Source: Candidatus Falkowbacteria bacterium | Lineage (GTDB): Bacteria > Patescibacteriota > Patescibacteriia > Patescibacteriales > GWE2-39-37 | Direction of reading: 5' to 3' | Length of the DNA stretch: 64,000 bases | NCBI GenBank assembly: GCA_013336275.1 | Contig: JAAXUA010000001.1 | Location: forward strand, 142,167-206,166 | Part shown: one piece after another, positions 45,951-54,803 of the stretch | Numbering within the stretch: the stretch's first letter is position 1 | Layout of the letters: every line of letters starts with the position of its first letter | Notes under the pieces: model-generated | Databases searched by the model: none | Told to the model about the DNA's origin: nothing | What the model saw: the letters and a program-made list of their open reading frames with translations, nothing else | Made by a program: the position numbers and the translations under genes

Positions 45951-47690
45951 ATGAGCGAAATAAGCGAAATCACAGTCTTCGGCCAGACGACCTATCGCAA
46001 TGCCGCACGCAAGTTCGGCATCAAGACCGACGATCGCCGCCGCCACATGTACCTTATCGGTAAGACCGGCATGGGCAAATCGACGATTTTGGAGAATATG
46101 ATCGTCGAGGACATCCGCGCCGGCCGCGGCGTGGCCGTCGTCGACCCGCATGGCGATCTGGCCGAGAAAATAATGCAGTTCATCCCCTCGGACCGCATCA
46201 ATGATGTCATCTATTTCAATCCGGCGGATATCGAATATCCGATCGCTTTCAACGTGATCGAGCAAGTCGAGCCGCACTTGCGCCACTTGGTCGCCTCAGG
46301 CCTGATCGGCGTTTTCCAGAAATTGTGGGCTGATTCCTGGGGACCGCGTCTGGAGTACATCCTGCGTAATTCCATCCTAGCGATTCTTGATTACCCGAGT
46401 TCGACTTTGTTGGCCGTGACCCGCATGTTCGCGGATAAGAAATTCCGCAAGAACGTCATCGACAAGATCCAGGATCCGGTGGTCCGTTCGTTCTGGGTCA
46501 ACGAGTTCGCCAGCTATGCCGACAAGTTCGCCTCGGAGGCCGTGTCGCCGATCCAAAACAAGGTCGGCCAATTTCTCTCCAGCTCTTTGATGCGCAACAT
46601 CGTCGGCCAGGTCAAGTCGTCGATCAACATCCGTGAGATCATGGATGGTCAGAAAATACTGATCATGAACCTGTCCAAGGGCCGTATCGGCGAGGACAAC
46701 TCAGCCTTGCTCGGCGCTATGATGATTACCAAAATCCAGCTGGCGGCTATGAGCCGCGTAGATATTCCGGAGCACGACCGCAAGGACTTCTATCTTTATA
46801 TCGACGAATTCCAGAACTTCACCACGGATTCTTTCACCAACATCTTGTCCGAAGCCCGCAAATACCATCTGAACCTAATCATGGCCCATCAGTATATCGA
46901 ACAGCTGGGCGAGGTTGTCGAGGCGGCGGTTTTCGGAAACATCGGCACCATGGTCGTTTTCCGCATCGGTGCTGCTGACGCCGAAAAGCTGGTCAAGGAA
47001 TTCGAACCGGTTTTTACCGAAGAGGATCTGGTCAACCTGCCGAAATACGAATTTTATCTGAAGCTGATGATCGACGGCATCACCTCCAATCCTTTTTCGG
47101 CCCGCGGCCTGGCTCCTTTGACCGAGGCCGAAAAGACTGGAAATCTTGACAAGGTGATCCAGGTGACCCGCGAGCGCTACGCCAAAAGAAGGGAAGTCGT
47201 CGAGGATAGGATCCGCCGTTGGCACGAGAGCGATGATGAAGAGTCGGCGCCAGCCAATGTCTCGACGGCGCCAGCCACCTCTCCGGCGGCTGCGCCCGCT
47301 CCGGTTAGGCGCCCCGAACCGGCAGCCTATTCCGCGCCACAGCCAATCAGAGACAGGGAGACTCCTCCTAGCGCTAGGCGTCCCGAGCGCGGGGACGATG
47401 CCTCCCGCAACGAGGCTACCTGCAGCCGTTGCGGCAAGCGGACTAGGGTTGCCTTCGTTCCTGACGGGTTGCGGCCCATCTATTGCAAAGAATGCTTGCA
47501 GTCATTGAAAGAAGAGAAGAATAAGGAATCTTCGTTGCGCAAGCAGCAGAAGCTGTCGGAGCTGGCCAGCCTCGAATCCGACCCTGGCGCACCGGCTTTT
47601 CCTAAGCCTATGTCAATCAAGGAAGCTTTTGAGAAAGCCCAGGCCGAAAAGGCAAGAGCGGAAGCTGAAAATAAGCAAGACCAGTCATGA
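45951..47690 (+). CDS. TrwB/TraD/VirD4-like (type IV coupling protein-type) P-loop ATPase, TM-less, with C-terminal CxxC-x17-CxxC zinc ribbon
   Basis: 579 aa. Walker A RHMYLIGKTGMGKST, Walker B FYLYIDEFQNF, then LIMAHQY. Pro/Arg-rich linker followed by CSRC-17 aa-CKEC. Confidence 0.7.
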   Translation: MSEISEITVFGQTTYRNAARKFGIKTDDRRRHMYLIGKTGMGKSTILENMIVEDIRAGRGVAVVDPHGDLAEKIMQFIPSDRINDVIYFNPADIEYPIAFNVIEQVEPHLRHLVASGLIGVFQKLWADSWGPRLEYILRNSILAILDYPSSTLLAVTRMFADKKFRKNVIDKIQDPVVRSFWVNEFASYADKFASEAVSPIQNKVGQFLSSSLMRNIVGQVKSSINIREIMDGQKILIMNLSKGRIGEDNSALLGAMMITKIQLAAMSRVDIPEHDRKDFYLYIDEFQNFTTDSFTNILSEARKYHLNLIMAHQYIEQLGEVVEAAVFGNIGTMVVFRIGAADAEKLVKEFEPVFTEEDLVNLPKYEFYLKLMIDGITSNPFSARGLAPLTEAEKTGNLDKVIQVTRERYAKRREVVEDRIRRWHESDDEESAPANVSTAPATSPAAAPAPVRRPEPAAYSAPQPIRDRETPPSARRPERGDDASRNEATCSRCGKRTRVAFVPDGLRPIYCKECLQSLKEEKNKESSLRKQQKLSELASLESDPGAPAFPKPMSIKEAFEKAQAEKARAEAENKQDQS

Positions 47691-48367
47691 TCGAGTTCAA
47701 CCGCTACATCCACCAATCCTGGACCAGTGTCGATTCCTTTTTCAAGAGCGATAACTGGCTATACCGTATCAGGGTGAACGATTACCAGCTGGTCACCATA
47801 TTCTGGAATCTTTTTTTGGTCATAATCCCTTGGTTCATTGGCCTGGTCATAATCAGACTGGGTCGCCAGACCGGGCTGGCATCGTTCGCTTCAAGGCTGG
47901 GCTTTTTTGCGTTGGCTTTCGTTTGGCTGCTTTTCATCCCGAATACGATTTATATCGTCAGCGATGTACGCCATCTTCTGAATTATTGCCCTATCGATTC
48001 GCCTTTCCAAGTCTGCGAAAAAAATGCCTGGATGATCCTCTTTTTCTTCACCTACGCCGCTATCGGTTGGTGGTCTTTCGTCTTCTTGCTCAACCAGATG
48101 AAGGGTTTTATCTCCGAAACCTATGGCCGGATCATGGCTGAACTCTGGCTTCTGCTGCTGATCCCGGTCGTCGCTCTCGGCTTTCTTTTCGGCCTGGTCC
48201 ATCGTTGGAATAGCTGGGAATTCTTCATATATCCGGGGGAAATATTCCGGAATTTCCTGATTTATCTGAACGACCCCAAAAGCTTTACAAATTGGCTAAT
48301 TTTTACTATATTTCTTTATATTTTGTATTGGGGAGGGAATATCGCATTTAAGAAAAAGGAGTATTAA
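47687..48367 (+). CDS. DUF1361-like polytopic membrane protein
   Basis: 226 aa with about 6 TM helices. Motifs IFWNLFLVIIPW and PNTIYIVSD. Start overlaps the upstream stop (ATGA). Confidence 0.5.
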   Translation: MIEFNRYIHQSWTSVDSFFKSDNWLYRIRVNDYQLVTIFWNLFLVIIPWFIGLVIIRLGRQTGLASFASRLGFFALAFVWLLFIPNTIYIVSDVRHLLNYCPIDSPFQVCEKNAWMILFFFTYAAIGWWSFVFLLNQMKGFISETYGRIMAELWLLLLIPVVALGFLFGLVHRWNSWEFFIYPGEIFRNFLIYLNDPKSFTNWLIFTIFLYILYWGGNIAFKKKEY

Positions 48368-48373
48368 AAACAC

Positions 48374-49915
48374 ATGATTGATTTTTTGAAGATCGGCAAA
48401 GCGACTGATTTAGAGGGCGCTGATTATAGGCTTTATCGTTTACTGGAGATGCTTCCAGGTTTTTTGTCTTGGGGCACTTTGATCGGCTTGGTAATCCTGT
48501 CATATTTCTTGCCGGTCTGGGTAGCCTATTTTCTTCTAGCCTTCGACGTCTATTGGCTGCTTTTGGTCCTGTATTTGGGTATCCATCTGATTGCCAGTTA
48601 CCGTAAGCTCAAAGAAAATATCGTCATCGATTGGAATAATGTCCTGCGTGAGCAGCCGGCCTTGCTTGGCCGACCAGCCTGGCAGGAGATTTGGCACCTG
48701 GTCATTCTGCCGACATACAACGAAAGCCTCGAGGTTATCCGACCGAGCTTCAACGCCCTGGTCAAAGACGGTTATCCGACCGAGCGCATGATCGTGGTCT
48801 TGGCCACCGAAGAGCGGGGCGGTGCCGAAGCGCAGGCTCGCGCGCAGCAGGTCAAGCAAGAGTTCGCCCATCACTTCGGACATTTCCTGATTACGGTCCA
48901 TCCTGACAATATCGAAGGCGAGCTCAAAGGCAAAGGTGCCAATCAGGCGTATGCTGGCAAGATAGTCAAAGAGCAGATTATCGACAAGCTTGCCTTGAAC
49001 TACGACCATATCGTGGTCAGCGTGTTGGACATCGACACCGTAGTCTATCCTGGTTACTTCGCCAATCTGACCCACAAGTTCTTGACGGTGCCGAATCAGT
49101 ATCGGGCCAGCTATCAGCCGATTCCGGTCTATTTCAACAACATTTGGGAAGCGCCGTTCTTTTCTCGCGTCGCCGCATCTTCCAATACTTTCTGGCAGAT
49201 GATGCAGCAGATCAGGCAAGAGAAGCTCGCCACCTACTCGTCGCACTCGATGACTTGGCGGACTCTGGTTGACATCGGCTTCTGGTCGACCAAGATGGTC
49301 AGCGAGGATTCCCGCATCTTTTGGCATAGTTATTGCTTTTACCGCGGCGATTACCGGGTTGAGCCGTTATATTTCCCGGTATCCATGGACGCCACGATGG
49401 ATGAGAATTTCATCAAGACCGCTCGCAGCCTGTACAAGCAGCAACGCCGCTGGGGCTGGGGGGTCGAGAATACGCCATATCTGATTTTCAACTTCATCAA
49501 GAAATACAAAGAGATGCCCAAAGGCCGCACCATGGAGCTGATTTTTGTCCAGCTTTATGGTTTTCACTCTTGGGCGACTAACGCCTTGATTATCGCGGTC
49601 ATCGGATGGATGCCGATGCTTTTGGGCGGTGATCGCTTCAATGCCACTGTTTTGTCGGGCAATCTCCCGACCGTCACCAGAACCTTGATGACCGTGGCGA
49701 TGTTCGGCCTGGTCTTATCGGCGATCTTGTCGACCCTGCTCCTGCCTAAGCGGCCGAAGCATTACGGTTTCGGCAAGAGCATGTCGATGGTGCTCCAGTG
49801 GCTGATCCTGCCGATCAGCATTATCGTCTTCGGGGCGATTCCTGGCTTGGCCGCGCAGACCAGGCTTATGTTCGGGAGGTATATGGGTTTTTGGGTCACG
49901 CCCAAATCGCGCTAA
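48374..49915 (+). CDS. Membrane-embedded processive family-2 glycosyltransferase (cellulose/chitin-synthase-like)
   Basis: 513 aa. 2 N-terminal and about 4 C-terminal TM helices. Motifs PTYNES, VLDIDT, SEDSR and the Q-x-x-R-W motif (QQRRWGWG). Confidence 0.7.
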   Translation: MIDFLKIGKATDLEGADYRLYRLLEMLPGFLSWGTLIGLVILSYFLPVWVAYFLLAFDVYWLLLVLYLGIHLIASYRKLKENIVIDWNNVLREQPALLGRPAWQEIWHLVILPTYNESLEVIRPSFNALVKDGYPTERMIVVLATEERGGAEAQARAQQVKQEFAHHFGHFLITVHPDNIEGELKGKGANQAYAGKIVKEQIIDKLALNYDHIVVSVLDIDTVVYPGYFANLTHKFLTVPNQYRASYQPIPVYFNNIWEAPFFSRVAASSNTFWQMMQQIRQEKLATYSSHSMTWRTLVDIGFWSTKMVSEDSRIFWHSYCFYRGDYRVEPLYFPVSMDATMDENFIKTARSLYKQQRRWGWGVENTPYLIFNFIKKYKEMPKGRTMELIFVQLYGFHSWATNALIIAVIGWMPMLLGGDRFNATVLSGNLPTVTRTLMTVAMFGLVLSAILSTLLLPKRPKHYGFGKSMSMVLQWLILPISIIVFGAIPGLAAQTRLMFGRYMGFWVTPKSR

Positions 49916-49928
49916 CTTTCCTAGAATA

Positions 49929-49953
49929 ACGCCGCGTGAAGCGGTGTTTTTTT
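49929..49953 (+). terminator. Intrinsic terminator
   Basis: ACGCCGC-GTGAA-GCGGTGT followed by TTTTTTT. Confidence 0.65.
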
Positions 49954-49999
49954 ATTTCGGGGTTTTTGTGTTATAATTACTCCATTGTACTACTTGAAT

Positions 50000-50425
50000 A
50001 TGCGCGAACAAAACAAACAATTCTGGTTGCGACGGATTTTTAATAGTCCGCACACTCTTTTGGTTTTGCTGATCGTTTTTATCTTTCTTATCAGCATACC
50101 TTTGGCCAAGAATGTCCAGCAACGCCATGGGGTCAGCGGTGAAATCAAGCTCTTACAGCAGGAAATCGCTGATAATGAGGTAAAAAAATCCAAGCTGCTG
50201 GATTCGATCGCCTATCTTGATTCCAAGGAATTCGCTGAAGAGCAGGCTAGGCTCAATCTGGACCTGAAAAAACCAGGCGAACAAGTTGTGGTGGTCAGGA
50301 ACAACGATAAAGGAGCGGTTATCGGCAATAAAGTCACCGAACTCCTATCCAAGCCGTCCTTGCGCGATGAGACACCGGCTAAGGAATCGAACCCCGGACT
50401 CTGGTATAAATATTTTTTCTACTAA
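50000..50425 (+). CDS. Septum formation initiator (FtsB/DivIC-like)
   Basis: ATG at 50000. Single TM then a coiled coil (IKLLQQEIADNEVKKSKLLDSIAYLDSKEFAEEQAR). Confidence 0.55.
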   Translation: MREQNKQFWLRRIFNSPHTLLVLLIVFIFLISIPLAKNVQQRHGVSGEIKLLQQEIADNEVKKSKLLDSIAYLDSKEFAEEQARLNLDLKKPGEQVVVVRNNDKGAVIGNKVTELLSKPSLRDETPAKESNPGLWYKYFFY

Positions 50426-50431
50426 TTCATT

Positions 50432-51685
50432 ATGCCTAAATCCTTGCCAGGAGGCATCAATTATAGCGAGGAACAGCTGGCCAAGAAAAGGGCGGTAGTT
50501 TTGGAGTTCTTGGAAAAGCAGAAGACCGGCCGGTCGGAAAAGAAAAAATCAGTGGCAGCCAAGCCGGCCGTGGTGCTTCCGGCCAAGCCGGTGGCAGCAT
50601 CAGTCATAAATTTTCCCAAGACGGAAAAGACCGTGCTTAACACCACTCCCGTCCCGGCTGCAGCGCCAGCCAAACTGCCAACTGCAGCAGCGCCGCACGT
50701 CGAGCCGATCAGTCAATTCTTGGGAGTGAAAAACCAACCGGCGCCGCTTGAGGTGGATTTTTTGGAGGACGTCAAAAAGGAGAAGCTGGCTAAGCCTGAA
50801 GCGCCGATAACGAAGCAGCCGAAGAAAAACAAGAAGCCGATGCGCGATGACAAGCCGCTTGCGACAGAGAAAGGCCCTAAGATCATTCAGCCTCGTGCCG
50901 TCGCGGAACCAAAAATCGCCACCCCGCCTAGGGTGGATCTGCTTGAGGACATAAAAAATGAAACTGCCAAGAAGTCCGGCTTATTCCAGATGGCTGAACT
51001 ATTCGCGATTCTCATGATGATTTCTTTAGCCTTTTATTTATTGATCAGTTTATACTTCTTTACCTTTAAACCAAATTCGGCATTTTTCCGATCCGTGGCC
51101 AGGGTCGTGCCGGTGCCAGGCCTGGTCAGTTCTTATGGCTTCGTCGAATTCTATCAATATCTCGACCTGAAAGCGGGACTTCAGGGCAAAGGTGCTCCCG
51201 AGGATAGTCTGGCTGACATCGCCACATCGGCGAGCGTCGAGTGGCAGATATTGGAGCAGCTGGCCAAATATTATCAGTTGCCGCCCACGGACAGTGCGGC
51301 AACCCTGCTTAATGAGCTCGGCAAAGCTGTAGTGTCCGACAAGGAGATAAACGCCGCCGCTTTCAGTACTATACGCAAAATCAAGCAGGAAATAGCGACT
51401 GGAATAAATTTCGAGACCGCTGCCGCGAAGCACGGCGCCAAGTCAGCCAAAGAGCTGTTCGCTCCTGATGACGCGGTGAAAAAATTCGGTCCGGGGTTCG
51501 CTTCCTTGAGTGACGGCGCCATGAGCAGCATCATTGTTTCTTCCGATGGTTTCTATATCGTGCAAAAGGTCGGATCAAGCGGAGAGGCCATCGAAGCCAG
51601 CTATGTATTGGTAAAGCCGAAAACCCTCTCGGATATCGTTGACGAACGTCTGCTCAAGGCCAGGGCGATCAACTTCGTGCAATAG
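50432..51685 (+). CDS. Membrane-anchored PpiC/SurA-like peptidyl-prolyl isomerase domain protein with Pro/Lys-rich N-terminal region
   Basis: 417 aa. Central TM. The C-terminal IRKIKQEIATGINFETAAAKHG...SSDGFYIVQKV resembles parvulin-type domains. Confidence 0.5.
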   Translation: MPKSLPGGINYSEEQLAKKRAVVLEFLEKQKTGRSEKKKSVAAKPAVVLPAKPVAASVINFPKTEKTVLNTTPVPAAAPAKLPTAAAPHVEPISQFLGVKNQPAPLEVDFLEDVKKEKLAKPEAPITKQPKKNKKPMRDDKPLATEKGPKIIQPRAVAEPKIATPPRVDLLEDIKNETAKKSGLFQMAELFAILMMISLAFYLLISLYFFTFKPNSAFFRSVARVVPVPGLVSSYGFVEFYQYLDLKAGLQGKGAPEDSLADIATSASVEWQILEQLAKYYQLPPTDSAATLLNELGKAVVSDKEINAAAFSTIRKIKQEIATGINFETAAAKHGAKSAKELFAPDDAVKKFGPGFASLSDGAMSSIIVSSDGFYIVQKVGSSGEAIEASYVLVKPKTLSDIVDERLLKARAINFVQ

Positions 51686-51688
51686 CGT

Positions 51689-52099
51689 ATGCGCAAAGTG
51701 CTGGTTTTTGGTACGTTCGACCTTTTTCACCCCGGCCATCGGAGCTTTTTGCGCCAGGCGCGGCGCTACGGCGATAAGCTCTACGCAGTGATCGCTCGCG
51801 ACCGAACGGTCCTGGCAGTCAAGAAGGCGCTGCCGCTTCAGGATGAGCTAAGCCGCTTGGCCGCGGTCAGAGATAGCGGATTGGTGGATGAAGCCGTGCT
51901 AGGCAGTTTGCGAGACAAATATTTGGCAATCAAAAAGGTTAGGCCTGATGTCATCTGCCTTGGTTACGATCAGATTTATCTGACGGACACCTTGGCAAGC
52001 AAGCTTGAACAACTTGGAATAGCGACGAGAATAGTCAAGCTGAAATCGTATCGGCCCGACATTTACAAATCATCGAAACTCAAAGCGAAGCAGATATGA
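51689..52099 (+). CDS. Cytidylyltransferase-like nucleotidyltransferase (RibL/TagD-like fold)
   Basis: 136 aa. Begins VLVFGTFDLFHPGH (HxGH motif). Confidence 0.65.
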   Translation: MRKVLVFGTFDLFHPGHRSFLRQARRYGDKLYAVIARDRTVLAVKKALPLQDELSRLAAVRDSGLVDEAVLGSLRDKYLAIKKVRPDVICLGYDQIYLTDTLASKLEQLGIATRIVKLKSYRPDIYKSSKLKAKQI

Positions 52100-52129
52100 A
52101 AAAACTGCCACGAAATGAGGCAGTTTTTT
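52099..52129. terminator. Bidirectional intrinsic terminator
   Basis: AAAAAACTGCC-ACGAAATGA-GGCAGTTTTTT, between the plus-strand CDS and the minus-strand tRNA operon. Confidence 0.7.
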
Positions 52130-52140
52130 CATTAAAGTTT

Positions 52141-52231
52141 GAGCCGAGAATGGGGATCCCCGCCCAAGGCGGGCAGGGAACCCATGGTCTACGTGTGGAG
52201 TTTATCCGCCTCGGGCGGAAGTGCGTCGCTT
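52141..52231 (-). pseudogene. Degenerate 3' partial copy of tRNA-Thr carrying two GC-hairpin insertions
   Basis: GAGCCGAGAATGGGGATC (52141-58) is identical to 52241-58 of tRNA-Thr. Similarity resumes after the inserts CCCGCC-CAAG-GCGGG and TCCGCC-TCG-GGCGGA and ends at GTGCGTCGCT. The D-arm and 5' acceptor strand are absent. Confidence 0.7.
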
Positions 52232-52238
52232 TATTTGC

Positions 52239-52314
52239 TGGAGCCGAGAATGGGGATCGAACCCACGACCTACGCGTTACGAGTGCGTCGCTCTGCCAAC
52301 TGAGCTATCTCGGC
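52239..52314 (-). tRNA. tRNA-Thr (anticodon CGU), CCA encoded
   Basis: Reverse complement is GCCGAGATAGCTCAGTTGGCAGAGCGACGCACTCGTAACGCGTAGGTCGTGGGTTCGATCCCCATTCTCGGCTCCA. It folds as a cloverleaf with one A31-C39 mismatch. Confidence 0.9.
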
Positions 52315-52326
52315 TTAAGAGTCCTG

Positions 52327-52397
52327 AGCGGGTGATGGGAATCGAACCCACGACTCGACCTTGGGAAGGTCATGTATTACCATTATACTACACCCGC
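52327..52397 (-). tRNA. tRNA-Gly (anticodon CCC)
   Basis: Reverse complement is GCGGGTGTAGTATAATGGTAATACATGACCTTCCCAAGGTCGAGTCGTGGGTTCGATTCCCATCACCCGCT. Canonical cloverleaf. CCA is not encoded. Confidence 0.9.
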
Positions 52398-52491
52398 AAA
52401 TAAACAAAAATCAGCCAATGTTCCCGAAAAACAAGCGATTCAAGGTTATTCCGGGGTTGGCTAATGTCATTAATATTGATATAATTATAAA

Positions 52492-54117
52492 GTGAGACAG
52501 AAAAATAGTCAAAAAATCATATCCTGCGCAATATCACTAGTTTTTTTCACAACTAGTGCTTTTGTTAATGTGGCAGCAGCCCAGGAGACGTCCGTCTCCG
52601 CTACTTCGACCCCAGCCGCCACTTTGGCCGTCCCCGTTGCCACAAGTACTGCATTCAGGGTTGCTGCTGGCGAGGTAATCAAGAAGAGTTTGGCCAAGCT
52701 CACCGTAGCCTCCACTGAAAAAACATTCATCGGCAATTCAGCTGCGGTACTGACAGAGCTTGAAGCGCCGGCCAGCGAACCTTGGCAGATCAACCGCCTG
52801 AGCAGCGTCTATCAGGTAGACTTCCAAAATCCCAAGGCATTTTCAACGTCAAGCCAGCTTCTGATAGAGATCGGAGGAATCAAGACTACCAACAATCTCA
52901 AACAGCTATTCTACTATGACAAGCGCAAAGATGCCTGGAAGCCGCTGCCATCCGCCGAAGTGTCGTCACGCAAGGCCGTTACGGCCAAACTGCCTTTCCC
53001 TTATGCTAAAGTCGCAGTCTTCGAGGTGCCGGGATTTTTAACGGTCGGCAAGGCCAGTTGGTATAAATACAAGGGCGGCCTTTTCGCCGCATCACCGGAC
53101 TTTCCTAAAGGCTCGCGCTTGAGGGTATTCAACCTGGACAACCCTAAGAAATTCGTGGATGTCGTCGTTAATGACTTCGGCCCTGACCGCGACCGCCACC
53201 CTGATCGGGTGATCGACCTGGACAAGGTCGCTTTCGGCCGCATCGCACCGACCGGGCAGGGCATGGCGCGTGTGCGCGTCGAGCCTTTGTCCATTGCCGC
53301 ACCGACGGGGCAGTGGCTCGGCCAGCCAGCTGAAGGCTACCCGGCTAGTATGCGCATCGCTACCAAAGCTGGAACGGTCATCGATGCCAAGACCGGCAAG
53401 ACGCTTTGGAGTAAGAATCCCACCAGCTCAATGCCGATTGCCAGCTTGACTAAGCTTGTCAGCGCATACGTTTTCCTTGAAACCAAGCCTTCGTTCAATC
53501 GCGTCGTTCCGTACAGCATCGCTGATGAGAATTATAATTACAAGTTCGCCAATAAATGGGAGGTGGCGCGGCTCAAGGTTTCCGATGGTGAGACCATGAC
53601 GATCAAAGACCTGTTCTATTCCGCTCTGGTCGGGTCAGCCAATAACGCCGTCGAGAGCCTCGTCCGCGTGAGCGGCCTGAAGCGCGATGATTTCATCAAA
53701 AGAATGAACCAGGTGGCCCATGAGTGGGGCGCCTCAAGTGCCCATTTTATCGAGCCGACAGGCCTTTCACCGGAAAACGTGAGTTCTGCCGAGGATTATG
53801 CTATAATAAGCACTAAGACATTGTCACATCCGATAATCGAGGAGGCCAGCAAGGTGAAGAGCTATAAATTCACTACTCTCAACAAGAAAATACCCCACAC
53901 GATCAAGAATTCGAACCAGCTTATCACTTTCTCCCGCCTGAACGTCAGCGGCAGCAAGACCGGATATCTGGACGAAGCAGGTTATTGTCTCCTGACGCGG
54001 GCGGATGACCGCCGGGGCAAGAGCGTAATCGTCGTGACGCTAGGCAGTCCGAATCGCTCGACCAGTTTCAGCGAAACCGAGTCTTTGGCCCGATACGGCC
54101 TGAGTCTCATCAAATAA
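52492..54117 (+). CDS. Fusion protein: RlpA-like double-psi beta-barrel domain plus S11 D-alanyl-D-alanine carboxypeptidase (PBP5-like)
   Basis: 541 aa, GTG start, signal/TM. RlpA-like segment GKASWYKYKGG...VVVNDFGPDR...VIDLDKVAF. S11 motifs SLTK, SANN and KTG. Confidence 0.75.
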   Translation: MRQKNSQKIISCAISLVFFTTSAFVNVAAAQETSVSATSTPAATLAVPVATSTAFRVAAGEVIKKSLAKLTVASTEKTFIGNSAAVLTELEAPASEPWQINRLSSVYQVDFQNPKAFSTSSQLLIEIGGIKTTNNLKQLFYYDKRKDAWKPLPSAEVSSRKAVTAKLPFPYAKVAVFEVPGFLTVGKASWYKYKGGLFAASPDFPKGSRLRVFNLDNPKKFVDVVVNDFGPDRDRHPDRVIDLDKVAFGRIAPTGQGMARVRVEPLSIAAPTGQWLGQPAEGYPASMRIATKAGTVIDAKTGKTLWSKNPTSSMPIASLTKLVSAYVFLETKPSFNRVVPYSIADENYNYKFANKWEVARLKVSDGETMTIKDLFYSALVGSANNAVESLVRVSGLKRDDFIKRMNQVAHEWGASSAHFIEPTGLSPENVSSAEDYAIISTKTLSHPIIEEASKVKSYKFTTLNKKIPHTIKNSNQLITFSRLNVSGSKTGYLDEAGYCLLTRADDRRGKSVIVVTLGSPNRSTSFSETESLARYGLSLIK

Positions 54118-54121
54118 TCCC

Positions 54122-54802
54122 ATGATCAAATTCGAGGAGGTCAAAAAAACTTATCAGCCGGACGTCAAAGCGTTGGCCGGCGTGAGCCTATTCATTAAGC
54201 CGGGCGAGTTCGTCTCGATCGTCGGCCAGTCGGGCTCAGGCAAGACGACATTGATCAAATCCTTGATCTGCGAGGAGCGCGTCGACGAAGGCAAGATCAT
54301 CGTCGGCGATTGGGACATTACCCACATCAGCAAGAGCGCGATTCCGACATTGCGCCGCCAGATCGGCGTCATCTTCCAGGATTTCAAATTGTTGCCGACC
54401 AAGACCTTGAAGGAGAATGTCGCTTTCGCCCTGCAGGTCTGCGGCCAGCCGCCGAAAAAGATCAGGGCTATCGTGCCCCAGGTCTTGAAGATCGTCGGGC
54501 TTGAAGGCAAGATGGACCGCTATCCACATGAAGTTTCCGGCGGCGAGCAGCAGCGCGCTGCTATCGCCCGCGCGCTAGTTCATCGCCCGAAGATACTTCT
54601 GGCCGATGAACCGACAGGCAATCTCGACTCCATAAATGCCGATGAGATTATCGAGTTGCTTTTGCGTATCAATAAATTCGGCACTACCGTCGTATTGGTC
54701 ACTCACAACCGCGAGATCGTCAATCGCCTCAAGCGGCGCGTCATCACCATTGAGAACGGCCTAGTGGTCAGCGATCAAGAAGTCGGGAAATATATCTTAT
54801 AA
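54122..54802 (+). CDS. ftsE: Cell-division ABC transporter ATP-binding protein FtsE
   Basis: 226 aa. Motifs GQSGSGKTT, SGGEQQR and LLADEPTGNLD. Followed by ftsX. Confidence 0.85.
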   Translation: MIKFEEVKKTYQPDVKALAGVSLFIKPGEFVSIVGQSGSGKTTLIKSLICEERVDEGKIIVGDWDITHISKSAIPTLRRQIGVIFQDFKLLPTKTLKENVAFALQVCGQPPKKIRAIVPQVLKIVGLEGKMDRYPHEVSGGEQQRAAIARALVHRPKILLADEPTGNLDSINADEIIELLLRINKFGTTVVLVTHNREIVNRLKRRVITIENGLVVSDQEVGKYIL

Positions 54803-54803
54803 T

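Noticed and set aside
52096-52403. ORFs 52096-52335 and 52221-52403 (79 and 60 aa)
   Set aside because: They run across the tRNA-Thr and tRNA-Gly genes and the pseudo-tRNA fragment on the opposite strand, so they are spurious.
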